Shown here: piece by piece, positions 1 through 9,676 of the stretch | How the letters are laid out: every line of letters starts with the position of its first letter | How positions within the stretch are numbered: the stretch's first letter is position 1 | NCBI GenBank assembly: GCA_034722955.1 | Contig: JAYEOM010000085.1 | Coordinates: forward strand, 1 to 38,175 | DNA length: 38,175 bases | Direction of reading: 5' to 3' | Source of the DNA: Campylobacterota bacterium | GTDB lineage: Bacteria > Campylobacterota > Campylobacteria > Campylobacterales > Sulfurovaceae | Notes under the pieces: generated by a model | Databases searched by the model: none | The model's input: the letters and a program-made list of their open reading frames with translations, nothing else | Told to the model about the DNA's origin: nothing | Translations under genes and position numbers: made by a program

Positions 1-39
1 TCGACACCTGACCCCAATTAATGTGTATTTATCTCTCTT

Positions 40-154
40 AGCGGTGGGTCTAGAGGGAGGGTCATACCCAGCTCCATTCCGAACCTGGAAGTCAAGCCTC
101 CCATCGCCGATAATACTGCAGGCTACGCTTGTGGAAATGTAGGTCGCTGCCGCT
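40..154 (+). rRNA. rrf: 5S ribosomal RNA
   Basis: About 115 nt. The ends pair (AGCGGTGG..CTGCCGCT, helix I) and the conserved 5S motifs CCCAGCTCCATTCCGAACCTGGAAGTCAAGC, CGCCGATAATACT and GTAGGTCGCTGCCG are present. Ends are uncertain by 1-2 nt. Confidence 0.96.
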
Positions 155-234
155 TTGAGATTATTCACTTCTTTTTTAATCCCTCTTTTTTAATTTATTT
201 ATTTAATCACCCTTTTTAATTTATTTTTATTGAT

Positions 235-326
235 TGTTCGATAAATTGAAGCTACGCAATCATTTTATTTTTGTTTAAATCTTTTGAAAGCCTTTTTAAT
301 GTTCGATGAAATTGAACTTACGCAAT
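235..326. repeat. Imperfect direct repeat (26/27 bp, two copies) in the 5S-argH spacer
   Basis: TGTTCGAT-AAATTGAAGCTACGCAAT (235-260) versus TGTTCGATGAAATTGAACTTACGCAAT (300-326). Confidence 0.7.
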
Positions 327-415
327 GTAATTCTATTATTTGATTTTAATTTATATTTTTACTTTTTACTTTATTGTGATTATCTCTATGATTTTATCTT
401 CTCTATTTCTTTTTA

Positions 416-424
416 TGATAAAAT
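416..424 (+). promoter_or_regulatory. Putative extended -10 promoter for argH
   Basis: TGATAAAAT (TGnTAnAAT) lies about 30 nt upstream of the GTG start, with T-tract-rich upstream DNA and an AGGA RBS. Confidence 0.55.
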
Positions 425-454
425 ACTTCATTAATTTAATTTTAGGACTTAACT

Positions 455-1855
455 GTGTCAAAAAAAATAGCATCTGCTCGAATATCCCAAAGGAGTTCGC
501 AGCTACTCCAGGATCTCAATAACTCTCTTCCGTTTGATAAGGTACTCTATCGTGAAGATATTGAGGGTTCGATGGCTCATGCTTATATGTTGTCAGAGCA
601 GGGGATCATAACTGATGATGACTATAGAGCGATAGTATCGGGATTGAGTGAGATATTGCTAGAGATAGAGTCTGGTATTTTTCTGCTAGATAGTGATGAT
701 GAAGATATTCATATGGCTATTGAGGGTAGATTGACTGAAAAAGTGGGTGATGCAGGCAAGCGACTCCATACAGCTCGCAGTCGCAACGATCAAGTAGCTC
801 TTGACTTTAGATTGTATGTTCAGAACAATAGCAGAGCCATCGGCGATCTTCTTTTGGAAAACATTGCAACACTACTGAAGAGTGCTGAAGAGAGTGTAGA
901 GGTTATGCTCCCTGGTATGACTCATCTACAGCATGCACAGCCTATAAATTTCGGCTATCATATGATGGCATATGCGAGTATGTTCAAGAGAGACTATGAG
1001 CGTTTTATGAGCTCTTATGAGCGTAACAACTACTCTCCTATAGGTTGTGCAGCATTGGCTGGTACTCCACACGATATATCTCGTCAGATCACTTCAGACA
1101 AATTGGGTTTTGGTGCACCTACCTTGAATTGTCTTGATACGGTAAGTGATAGAGACTTTGCACTAGAGATACTTTTTAATATCTCTACTATGATGATGCA
1201 TATAAGTCGTCTAAGTGAAGAGCTGATACTCTGGTCGGCTAGTGAATTTGGATGGGTTACACTATCAGATAGGCATGCTACAGGCTCTTCTATAATGCCA
1301 CAAAAGAAAAATCCGGATATACCAGAGTTACTGCGTGGAAAGACAGGTCGTGTCAATGGTAATTTAGTTGCTCTTCTGACTGTAATGAAAGGGTTGCCGC
1401 TTGCATATAACAAAGATATGCAAGAGGACAAAGAGGGTGTATTTGACTCTGTAAGGACAGCACTGCTCTCACTGCAAGTACTCAATGAGATGATAGAGGA
1501 TATGAAAGTAAATGCAGAGAAGATGGAAGCAGCATGCATGATAGGTCACTTGAGTGCTACAGACTTGGCAGACTACCTTGTAAAAGAGGCAGGTTTGCCT
1601 TTCCGCGATGCTTACCATATCACTGGTAATGCTGTGAATTTGGCTGAAGAGAAGGGAGTTGATATCTCTGAGCTCTCTTTGGCAGATCTGCAGAGTGTAG
1701 ATGATCGCATAGGTGAGGGCGTGGAAGGATTGCTTGATAATCGCTCCTCTATGAATGCTAGAGAGTCAGAAGGTGGTACTGCCTCACTGCGTACTGTGGA
1801 ACAGATAGATACTTTAAAAGTTTGGCTAAAAAATACAATGATGGATAGTAAGTAA
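455..1855 (+). CDS. argH: Argininosuccinate lyase
   Basis: 466 aa. Motifs [27 protein letters not shown] and the fumarase-superfamily signature [15 protein letters not shown] start with AGGA RBS. Confidence 0.98.
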   Translation: MSKKIASARISQRSSQLLQDLNNSLPFDKVLYREDIEGSMAHAYMLSEQGIITDDDYRAIVSGLSEILLEIESGIFLLDSDDEDIHMAIEGRLTEKVGDAGKRLHTARSRNDQVALDFRLYVQNNSRAIGDLLLENIATLLKSAEESVEVMLPGMTHLQHAQPINFGYHMMAYASMFKRDYERFMSSYERNNYSPIGCAALAGTPHDISRQITSDKLGFGAPTLNCLDTVSDRDFALEILFNISTMMMHISRLSEELILWSASEFGWVTLSDRHATGSSIMPQKKNPDIPELLRGKTGRVNGNLVALLTVMKGLPLAYNKDMQEDKEGVFDSVRTALLSLQVLNEMIEDMKVNAEKMEAACMIGHLSATDLADYLVKEAGLPFRDAYHITGNAVNLAEEKGVDISELSLADLQSVDDRIGEGVEGLLDNRSSMNARESEGGTASLRTVEQIDTLKVWLKNTMMDSK

Positions 1856-1859
1856 ATAT

Positions 1860-2801
1860 ATGAACACAAATCAACATCTACTCTTTATCCATATACCAAA
1901 AACAGCTGGAACTAGTTTTAGACTTGCAGCAAAAGATTTTTATGGGGAAGAGAATATCTTTTTTGATTACTCTCCTGATTCTGTTGAAACTTCCAGTGAA
2001 ATTCTCGATAGCATCTATATCAAAAAAGATCCGTATGAACTATATAGGGAGTTGACAAAAAAACCTTTATCTTTTTTGTCGGGTCATTTTCCAGAAAAGA
2101 AATACATGATGTTTTATGAAGCTACCAATATTATCAGCTTTGTAAGAGACCCTGTCAAGCAGGTAGTGTCGCACTATAATCATCATATTAAATATCTTGA
2201 TTATAAAAAAGAGTTCTATGATTTTATCAATGATGCAAGATTTCAAAATATACAATCTAGATTGCTCTCTCGTCGTAATATTGGTATGTATGGTTTTTTA
2301 GGTGTTACTGATCAGTATGATAAATCTATAGAGATATTCAATGCAGTATATCAAGCAAATCTTCTCTCTATATATGAAAATAGATCAGATAATAGTACTG
2401 TCAATGCAGAAGAGATTGATAAAAATATAATCGATCTTATCTATCGTTTTAATGAAGAAGATATAAAATTTTATAAATCAGTATGTCATCAATTTGAGGT
2501 TCGTAAAAAACTATATGAACAGAATAGACCATTTACCCATGGTATGATCCAGAAGCGTAATAAAACTGCCATCATGGGGTGTGCTTTTCAGTTAAATAGT
2601 GATAGTCCGGTAAGTATTGATATCTATCATCATGATAAGAGACTTACTACCTTGAAAGCCAATCTCTATAAGCCAGGATTGATGAGTCAAGGCATCCCCA
2701 AAAAAGGTTTTATTGGATTTCACTATCGCTGGAGTGATGATAAGATAGATAATCAAGATATTCACTGCATAGTCAAAGAGACTGGTCAGGAGATATTGTG
2801 A
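1860..2801 (+). CDS. PAPS-dependent sulfotransferase family protein (Sulfotransfer_2-like) with a C-terminal extension
   Basis: 5'-PSB motif FIHIPKTAGTSF, a GHF motif and the 3'-PB motif FVRDPVKQVVSHY. Starts 4 nt after the argH stop. Confidence 0.85.
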   Translation: MNTNQHLLFIHIPKTAGTSFRLAAKDFYGEENIFFDYSPDSVETSSEILDSIYIKKDPYELYRELTKKPLSFLSGHFPEKKYMMFYEATNIISFVRDPVKQVVSHYNHHIKYLDYKKEFYDFINDARFQNIQSRLLSRRNIGMYGFLGVTDQYDKSIEIFNAVYQANLLSIYENRSDNSTVNAEEIDKNIIDLIYRFNEEDIKFYKSVCHQFEVRKKLYEQNRPFTHGMIQKRNKTAIMGCAFQLNSDSPVSIDIYHHDKRLTTLKANLYKPGLMSQGIPKKGFIGFHYRWSDDKIDNQDIHCIVKETGQEIL

Positions 2802-4015
2802 TGAATGATATCGGAGATATTTATCAAAAAAATATACTCTTATTGCAGGGTCCTATGGGATTCTTTTTTAAAAAAATAGATTCAGAGTTTAGAAAAAAAG
2901 GTGCTTATACCCATAAGATAGGATTTAATGTCGCAGATAGATTTTTCTCTCATGGCGATAACTATACTGCATATCGTGATACTATGGAGAAGTGGCCAAG
3001 CTTTATCGATGATTTTTTGATAGATAACAGTATTGATCAGATTTTTCTATTTGGGGATTGTCGTTATTATCAGAATGTATCTATTGAAAAATCCATGAAA
3101 TTAGGTATTGAAGTATTTGTTTTTGAAGAGGGGTATCTTCGTCCTGATTTTATAACACTAGAGCGGTATGGTGTAAATGACTTTAGTAGAATTAGCAGAG
3201 ATCCAAATTTTTATTCTGATTTGGATATAGCAAAATTTTCAAATATAGAGATAGTGAATGCTCATCCAAAATATTATCGCAGAGGATGGAGTGCTACTAC
3301 TTACTATCTATTGTCATCGTTATTGTGGTTTAGATATCCATACTATAAACATCATCGACAGTTTGATTTAGTTAATGAGGGCTTTTGGGGTATAAGAAAT
3401 CTGTTTAGAAAGTATAAATACAAAATCACTGAAAAGAGTACTATAGATAATCTACATAATCAGTATAAAGATTTATACTATTTTGTTCCGCTTCAGACAT
3501 ATAATGATTTTCAAGTTCTTGTGCATTCAGACTTTTCATCCATAGAGACATTTATCCAGCATGTTATGAACTCTTTTGCCAAGAGTGCACCTAAGGATAC
3601 CTTGATCGTTATAAAACATCACCCTGAGGATAGAGGTAGAAAAGATTATCGTAGATATATAGACTCATTAGCTAAATCACTCTCTATCAGTGACAGGGTC
3701 GTCATCATCTATGATATGCATCTGCCTAGTTGTATAAAAAATTCAATCGGAACTGTTACTATCAACAGTACAGTAGGGATCTCTTCACTCTACCACAATA
3801 GACCTACTATTGCTTTGGGGAGTGCTATCTATGATATAGATGGCTTGACATGCAACTCTATGACTCTTGATGATTTTTGGGAAGGCTATAAGGTACCGGA
3901 TAAAGATCTCTTTGAGAAATTTAAACAATTTCTTACGCATACAACACAGCTGAATGGAAGCTTTTATGGTAAGTTTCCTGATGAATTATCTAGCAATTCA
4001 TCAAGGAAAAATTAA
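2798..4015 (+). CDS. kpsS: Capsule biosynthesis beta-Kdo transferase KpsS (LipB family)
   Basis: Motifs LLLQGPMGFFF, FGDCRYY, FEEGYLRPDFITLE, VPLQxxNDFQ, KHHP, TINSTVG and C-terminal TQLNGSFY. Start is GTG 2798 or ATG 2801 (AGGAG RBS). Confidence 0.93.
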   Translation: MMNDIGDIYQKNILLLQGPMGFFFKKIDSEFRKKGAYTHKIGFNVADRFFSHGDNYTAYRDTMEKWPSFIDDFLIDNSIDQIFLFGDCRYYQNVSIEKSMKLGIEVFVFEEGYLRPDFITLERYGVNDFSRISRDPNFYSDLDIAKFSNIEIVNAHPKYYRRGWSATTYYLLSSLLWFRYPYYKHHRQFDLVNEGFWGIRNLFRKYKYKITEKSTIDNLHNQYKDLYYFVPLQTYNDFQVLVHSDFSSIETFIQHVMNSFAKSAPKDTLIVIKHHPEDRGRKDYRRYIDSLAKSLSISDRVVIIYDMHLPSCIKNSIGTVTINSTVGISSLYHNRPTIALGSAIYDIDGLTCNSMTLDDFWEGYKVPDKDLFEKFKQFLTHTTQLNGSFYGKFPDELSSNSSRKN

Positions 4016-4018
4016 ATC

Positions 4019-5203
4019 CTAATCCTGATGATCTTTGATAATCGTGATAATCATCATAATAATACCATATAAAAAACTCAATATCAAAAGCACTGTCAGA
4101 GTATCTTTGTACTTTGTAGGGTAAGTATATGATTCAGCGACTGTAGGAGTGGTTATAGTAAGTAAATTTTTTGCATTGTGGTTGACTTCTACCTTCAGCT
4201 CTTCCTGATTTATAAGAGTTTGACGATAGATCTCTTTATTGAACTCCATATCACTTTTTATCAACTCATAGTCAAAAACATTTTTATTGAGCTCTTTCTC
4301 TTGTTTGCTTTTTCCAGTTATCCTATGTTTGACTTTGCCAATATTTTTCTCAATATTTCTCATAGTGTCCTTGAGAAGTCTCATCTCATAAGTATTTTCA
4401 TTGAAAAACTTAGCTTTACTATTGTACTCAATCTCTTTTTGCATCAGTTCAGTCTCTAAATTTGCAATAATAGTACTCTGTGTTTGGACATCAATATTTG
4501 GATCTATTGTCAAGTGTTTGTTTTGGTATCTTAACATATCTTTGATAGATTCAATGAAAATCGCTTTATTTTTTATACTCTGTTTTTCTATAAACCTTAG
4601 GGCTACTTGCGCATTCTCTTTTTCAAATTGGTTGGTTACTTCGGCGGAGCGATTGATAATAGTCTGTAGTATTACCTTTGATGCATTGCGGTCTGCACTG
4701 GCAAAATTGATCGACAATGTACCTGTAGATTCATCATATACTATAGTGAGGTCTCTATTGTATTTGGCGAGTAGGTTCTCTTTGTTCGCTTCCATAAATT
4801 TAAAAGTTGCATTTTTGTAGAGACGATTGATTCTATCAATACTTTTGCTAGTATAGTATTGACTCAAATTAAATTTATACTCCAAAAAAGCATACATCTC
4901 ATGTGATTTGATATAGAGTTCCAGCAGTCTTGAGTCTTGAGTATCGCTAGAGTCACCTGATAAAAACATTGATCCTATCGAATCTATAGCCTGTTTTCTT
5001 GAGAGATCTTTAAGTGCAACAACAGATTTGGATTCATATCGTTCTGTTTTATAAAAGAATATATATATTGTTGATATTGTGAAAATTAACAGTACTATCA
5101 TTCTAAAAATCATCTTCGGCTCTATCTCAATAGGCATCTCGCTAGGCATCCTGATAGGTATTTTCAATGGATTTTTAAATGGTATCTTAAATGGCATCTT
5201 CAT
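4019..5203 (-). CDS. kpsE: Capsule export inner-membrane co-polymerase KpsE (PCP-3)
   Basis: N- and C-terminal TM helices around a coiled-coil periplasmic region, with RYES, YIKSHEM, YDESTGTL, IDP and ESYTYP motifs. Lies directly after kpsT. Start moved to ATG 5203 because an AAGGAG RBS precedes it. Confidence 0.9.
   Translation of the reverse strand: MKMPFKIPFKNPLKIPIRMPSEMPIEIEPKMIFRMIVLLIFTISTIYIFFYKTERYESKSVVALKDLSRKQAIDSIGSMFLSGDSSDTQDSRLLELYIKSHEMYAFLEYKFNLSQYYTSKSIDRINRLYKNATFKFMEANKENLLAKYNRDLTIVYDESTGTLSINFASADRNASKVILQTIINRSAEVTNQFEKENAQVALRFIEKQSIKNKAIFIESIKDMLRYQNKHLTIDPNIDVQTQSTIIANLETELMQKEIEYNSKAKFFNENTYEMRLLKDTMRNIEKNIGKVKHRITGKSKQEKELNKNVFDYELIKSDMEFNKEIYRQTLINQEELKVEVNHNAKNLLTITTPTVAESYTYPTKYKDTLTVLLILSFLYGIIMMIITIIKDHQD
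5117..5203 (-). repeat. Degenerate 12-bp tandem repeat encoding (x-K/R/E-x-P)n at the KpsE N-terminus
   Basis: MKMP-FKIP-FKNP-LKIP-IRMP-SEMP-IEIEP, with Pro at every fourth residue. Confidence 0.7.
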
Positions 5204-5873
5204 GGCTGTCACTCCTTTTATTAATATCAGTATATGCTTTGATCGCATCATTGATATGGTCAAAATAGTACAATTTACCACCCTCAAGAAGTATTCCTGT
5301 GTGGCATAGCTCTCTGAGCATATTCATATCATGGCTTACAAGCAGTATTTGACTATGTTCTATCTTCTCTCTTAGCATCTCTTTAGCTTTTACTCTAAAT
5401 CGGGCATCACCTACAGATAGTGTTTCATCTATCAGAAGATAATCAAAATCAAATGCTAAGCTAAGACCAAAATTTAGCCTCGCAAGCATTCCTGATGAGT
5501 AAGTTTTTATCGGCATGGTAAAATACTCATCGAGTTCACTAAAGTTCTTTACAAATTTTGTTATCTCTCTTCTCTCTTGGTCGCTTTTGCCATATAGTTG
5601 ACAAACAAATTTGACATTTGATTCTCCTGTCATAGTGCCTACAAATCCAGAAGAGATAGCAAGAGGCCAAGAGAAGGTCTCCGCAGAAGCTATTCGTCCT
5701 TTTTGTGGAAACTCTATCTTGCCTAACATTCGTATCAATGTAGATTTTCCAGCACCATTTCTCCCTAAAATACCTATATTTCCATCAGGTAGTGTCATCG
5801 TAACATCGTTGAGAATATATTTTCTCCCTACATTAGTACGAAAATACTTTGTTACATTTTTCAGCTCTATCAT
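5187..5873 (-). CDS. kpsT: Capsule ABC transporter ATP-binding subunit
   Basis: Walker A GRNGAGKST, signature YSSGM, LIDE Walker B, VGDARF and the LVSH H-loop. Confidence 0.96.
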   Translation of the reverse strand: MIELKNVTKYFRTNVGRKYILNDVTMTLPDGNIGILGRNGAGKSTLIRMLGKIEFPQKGRIASAETFSWPLAISSGFVGTMTGESNVKFVCQLYGKSDQERREITKFVKNFSELDEYFTMPIKTYSSGMLARLNFGLSLAFDFDYLLIDETLSVGDARFRVKAKEMLREKIEHSQILLVSHDMNMLRELCHTGILLEGGKLYYFDHINDAIKAYTDINKRSDSHEDAI

Positions 5874-6649
5874 TGTGATATAATCTTGTTTTCAAGTTTT
5901 GTATAGAGCCACAATCCAATATATAGCAGCGTAATAGTCCATATACCTATATAGTTATAATCTACAAATCTATCACTCAATGCATCAAAATAGAACCCAT
6001 GAATAATCTCCATAAAATGAACCAATGGATTATAAAGCAAAATATCCTGACCTGCAATAGGAATAGCTTCAACAGGATAAAATACTGCAGATACAACCAT
6101 CAATCCAAAGGTAAATATCTTGACTGTTTTGCCAATACTTTTGTAAAATACATTTCCTATGGCAACTACAAGTCCTAGAGAAAATGAAAAGATTACTAGC
6201 CAAATCAGACCAACCCCTACCATAAATATATTTTTACCCTCCATGCCAAAATCAAAATAATATCCAATACAAAGAATGATAATATATAGAATGGCGGTGA
6301 TGAATATCTCTACAAGTGTTCTTGAGATAATAGTATCGATTGGCTTGACCTGTTTGTAGTTGAAGAGACCTCTATTGGCATCAAATGCACCTATGGATTT
6401 GTTGAGAATACCACTAAACATGTTAAATGCTGTAAAGTTAAGTGCTAAAAAGAGTACATAGTCATATGTACCGCTTCCTCTTCCAAAAATAAGTGATTTG
6501 ATAAGTATAAAAGATGTAATCTGCATAAAGGGCTGAAAAAAAGTCCAAAAAATACCCATTCTACTATAAGTGAATTGCAAATTTAACTCTCTTAAAAAAA
6601 GAGCCTTTTGAACACTTGAGAAGATATGTAGATAGTTTCTATGCTGCAA
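5870..6649 (-). CDS. kpsM: Capsule ABC transporter permease
   Basis: ABC-2 permease with ALFLREL..GIFW..QP, N.GLFNYKQVKPIDT and YNPLVH motifs. About 6 TM helices. TTG start; overlaps the kpsT start (ATGA). Confidence 0.94.
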   Translation of the reverse strand: MQHRNYLHIFSSVQKALFLRELNLQFTYSRMGIFWTFFQPFMQITSFILIKSLIFGRGSGTYDYVLFLALNFTAFNMFSGILNKSIGAFDANRGLFNYKQVKPIDTIISRTLVEIFITAILYIIILCIGYYFDFGMEGKNIFMVGVGLIWLVIFSFSLGLVVAIGNVFYKSIGKTVKIFTFGLMVVSAVFYPVEAIPIAGQDILLYNPLVHFMEIIHGFYFDALSDRFVDYNYIGIWTITLLYIGLWLYTKLENKIISQ

Positions 6650-6677
6650 GTTTTACCTTATTTGTAATATGACTACT

Positions 6678-6686
6678 ATTATATCA
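6678..6686 (-). promoter_or_regulatory. Putative internal extended -10 promoter for kpsMTE
   Basis: The minus strand reads TGATATAAT (perfect TGnTATAAT). Its TGA is the kpsC stop codon and it sits 28 nt above the kpsM start. Confidence 0.55.
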
Positions 6687-8729
6687 AATCTCTCTGAAAA
6701 GTCTCAATAACCATTGTAATTTTCGGCTTATTAGATTATATATTTTTATACTTTTTTGATAGCTCATTGATCTGTTGAATCTATCTCTCTCTAATTTTAG
6801 CTCCTCTATTGTTACTCCTATATCAGATAGCTCTCTGCTAGATGGATCAATGTAGTAGGGATACAGGAGTAGAGTTGCTGCTACTAGTTCATCTATTTCT
6901 ACTCTTCTTACTCGTCGTTTACACTCTTTTTTATCTATACTCAGACCCCAGCCAGCATAAAATGGTGTGCCATAGGTGTAGACTTTGATACCTCTCATAA
7001 TAGCCTCAAATCCTACCAAAGATGTCATAGTATGGACCTCATCACTCAAAAGAAGAACACTCTCGATGCTTATATCTGTCACAATACGATCACAATAGTT
7101 CAAAGCTTCATATCTATCTATCTTGCCTAATCTGTTTCCAGCGGCTACATCCGGGTGAGGTTTGTAGATGATATAGGCCTCAGAGGCATCGGCTCTTACT
7201 TGTTGCAGGAGTTTCAAGTTACTCATATCAGGCGCACCATATGTTATCGAAGCATCATCTTCGACTTGCCCAGGAATCAATATAACTGTTCTATCTTTAG
7301 GTATCTCAAGAGAGATAGATGTATGATGATTGTATTTAGAGAGTTTATCTTTGATAATCTTCTCCTTGATATATTTGGCTTGAGTCAACTCATCAGAGGT
7401 AAATGAGTGGAAATTTAAAATATGTTCCAAGTCACTCTCTTTTGTTGGATCAAAATAGATACCTCTATGATCAATAACCAGTGAGTATGGTCGCGTCAAA
7501 TCAGAACCGAGACCTACAGAGCGGATAAAGCCATCCTCTACTCTGTAGATATCTATCTCACTCTCTTTTGCATACCTCTCTACATCCTCAAATGCCTTTT
7601 TGCCCCAGATATAGATATGACTCTCTCTGTTCAACCCTTTTTTGATAGCCATATCGAGAGCTGTTTTAGAGAAGAGCGGATTGATAAACTTTATAGATTG
7701 CATATTTCTCATAAACGGTACCATATAGGTATGTTTCCAAGGAGAAAAACCAAAACAGTACGCTGTTTTTCTGATAGGTTTATCTCGATCCCTATATTTT
7801 ACTATACTATCTATAGTATCAAATATATCAGATCCATTTTTGCTGTATGGATTGTAATATTTTGTATATAGTATATATGAAGCAGCAAATATCTCTTCTA
7901 CGCTCAATCTTCTTCTGCGACGCAGAGACTCTACTCTGTCATCAGTTACACCCCAACCAGCATAAAAAGGTATACCAAAGCATACGCACTCTCTCCCCAA
8001 TAGAAGTGCTTCAAATCCCATTTGTGATGTCATCGTATAAACTTTATCAAAATAGTTTAGAAGTGAAATTGGATTTATATCATCATCTATAGTGACGCAG
8101 CTCTTTTTGGCTATATCCATATCAATATTTGATCTTTTTTTACTATTTAATGCATCAGGATGTATCTTTAGATAGATACTAGCAGCAGGATTCTCCTCTA
8201 TAGCAACTTTTATGATCTCCTCTATATTGAACTGTTCGGCTAATCCAAACTTCAATGAAGCATCACCGGCAGTCTGGGCAATAACCAAGACTTTTCTATT
8301 TTTATTAGTTAAGTTATACTTCTCCTCTATACTGAAATCTACAACTGGACTGCTGTTGTACTTGGAGATATGATATTTTCTGATCAGTGCTATCGCTCTT
8401 TTTGATTGCTCCATCAACACTTTGTCATTTTCAAAATTATAACTATTTAAGATCTCTTCTAGTCGTGAAGAGCCAGTGGCATCATAATAGATACCTATAT
8501 CATCTTCTACGGTAGAGAAGAGCGGAGAGTCATCGATACCCAAACCAATAGAGCGGATAAAGCCATCTTCAAGTAAAATAAAGTCTCTATTAAATATCTC
8601 TGCACACTTTATAGCAAAACGACCACTTTTTTTCCTTCCCCATCCTCTCATAGGACTATTTTTGTAAAAAATTAGCGATATGATATTTTCCAAGTAATAG
8701 GAGTTGTATAGTGCTTTGGGCTGTTTCAT
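6684..8729 (-). CDS. kpsC: Capsule biosynthesis beta-Kdo transferase KpsC (LipA family, two GT107 modules)
   Basis: Two internal copies of EDGFIRSxGLG, GIY[YF]D, SKYN, Q..xDAS, KxHPD, S.xGFEA and PFYAGWG. Start at ATG 8729 (ATGA overlap with the upstream GT2) is preferred over 8741. Confidence 0.95.
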   Translation of the reverse strand: MKQPKALYNSYYLENIISLIFYKNSPMRGWGRKKSGRFAIKCAEIFNRDFILLEDGFIRSIGLGIDDSPLFSTVEDDIGIYYDATGSSRLEEILNSYNFENDKVLMEQSKRAIALIRKYHISKYNSSPVVDFSIEEKYNLTNKNRKVLVIAQTAGDASLKFGLAEQFNIEEIIKVAIEENPAASIYLKIHPDALNSKKRSNIDMDIAKKSCVTIDDDINPISLLNYFDKVYTMTSQMGFEALLLGRECVCFGIPFYAGWGVTDDRVESLRRRRRLSVEEIFAASYILYTKYYNPYSKNGSDIFDTIDSIVKYRDRDKPIRKTAYCFGFSPWKHTYMVPFMRNMQSIKFINPLFSKTALDMAIKKGLNRESHIYIWGKKAFEDVERYAKESEIDIYRVEDGFIRSVGLGSDLTRPYSLVIDHRGIYFDPTKESDLEHILNFHSFTSDELTQAKYIKEKIIKDKLSKYNHHTSISLEIPKDRTVILIPGQVEDDASITYGAPDMSNLKLLQQVRADASEAYIIYKPHPDVAAGNRLGKIDRYEALNYCDRIVTDISIESVLLLSDEVHTMTSLVGFEAIMRGIKVYTYGTPFYAGWGLSIDKKECKRRVRRVEIDELVAATLLLYPYYIDPSSRELSDIGVTIEELKLERDRFNRSMSYQKSIKIYNLISRKLQWLLRLFREI

Positions 8730-9676
8730 CCCTTTTTCCATATCATCTTTAAGGCTATCTTGATCCTATAGCCAAAGTTATCTCTTAGGAAATTATATTT
8801 AAATATCAAATAGATGAGATAGATTCGGCTCTTTTTAAACTCTAGATAATCTATAAATTTTAAAATAATCTCCCTATCTTCATCTTTTACTCGATACTGT
8901 TTTAGTAAAAACCTTAATGCTTTTTCTCTCTTTATACCAAAAAAAGGTAATCTTATCATCTCCCTTGAGAGGTGATCTATTGAAAAGATTTGGCTAGTTA
9001 TAGTGCTGATTCTATTGGAGCTGTTGGTATGGTGCAGTCTATATTTAACGAGAGGCTCATGCGATATCAATCTCTTGCCATAAAGTTCATTGATCAGAGC
9101 TATCCAATAATCATGTGCTTTTAGATCAGGAGGAAAAGGCAATACCAGTGATTTGAGTTTTTGATTGATCACCATAGTATTTCCCATTATGCCAGAGCGA
9201 CCCAGCATCACTGAGAGCTCTTTTTTTTCTCTAAAAGTATATGCTCTCATACTGAAATATGATGCAGCAATAACTTGAAGATTTTTATCTACAGCAGTTA
9301 AGTCACTATGAAACATCAGAGGTTGTTGGCTACTCTCCCCTGCTAATGAATCTATAGCAATCCAAAGTTTATCCTCTTCCCAGACATCATCTTGATCACA
9401 AAAAGCGATATATTTACCCTGTGCCTGCTTTAACAGTTTTTCAAAATTTTTAACCAGACCCAAATGTTTGTTATTTCTGTAAATATGAATCCAGCTAAAT
9501 ATTTGGGCGTAATGGCTTAATATTTGATAAGTTTTATCAGTTGAGTTATCATCTGCAATGAGTAACTCTATATTGTTATATTTTTGCTCTACTATAGAAT
9601 TCAACTGCTCTTCCAAAAAAGATTCACCATTATATGTAGCCATTATGATTGTAACAAGTGGTTGATCCTTGATCAA
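8726..9676 (-). CDS. GT2 glycosyltransferase (RgpB/RfbC-like, putative rhamnosyltransferase)
   Basis: Motifs MATYNGE, DDNSTD, FCDQDDVW, HDYW and YRLH. Confidence 0.9.
   Translation of the reverse strand: MIKDQPLVTIIMATYNGESFLEEQLNSIVEQKYNNIELLIADDNSTDKTYQILSHYAQIFSWIHIYRNNKHLGLVKNFEKLLKQAQGKYIAFCDQDDVWEEDKLWIAIDSLAGESSQQPLMFHSDLTAVDKNLQVIAASYFSMRAYTFREKKELSVMLGRSGIMGNTMVINQKLKSLVLPFPPDLKAHDYWIALINELYGKRLISHEPLVKYRLHHTNSSNRISTITSQIFSIDHLSREMIRLPFFGIKREKALRFLLKQYRVKDEDREIILKFIDYLEFKKSRIYLIYLIFKYNFLRDNFGYRIKIALKMIWKKG

Noticed and set aside
1..39. Possible 3' end of 23S rRNA
   Set aside because: No recognisable 23S sequence is present, so it is treated as spacer upstream of 5S.
235..326. Direct repeats as a mini-CRISPR array or tRNA fragments (GTTCGA)
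   Set aside because: There are only two imperfect copies, the spacer is low-complexity, no cas genes are present and no cloverleaf can be formed.
340..522. 60-aa hydrophobic ORF upstream of argH
   Set aside because: It is a by-product of T-rich promoter DNA, has no RBS and overlaps argH out of frame.
1084..1869. Antisense ORFs within argH, and similar shadow ORFs across the window (e.g. 4401-4820, 22583-23020, 28667-29161, 34325-34861)
   Set aside because: They overlap well-supported genes on the opposite strand or frame and show no motifs or RBS.
5204..5287. Longer N-terminus of KpsE in the ORF track
   Set aside because: It overlaps kpsT by 100 nt, and a clear AAGGAG RBS supports ATG 5203.
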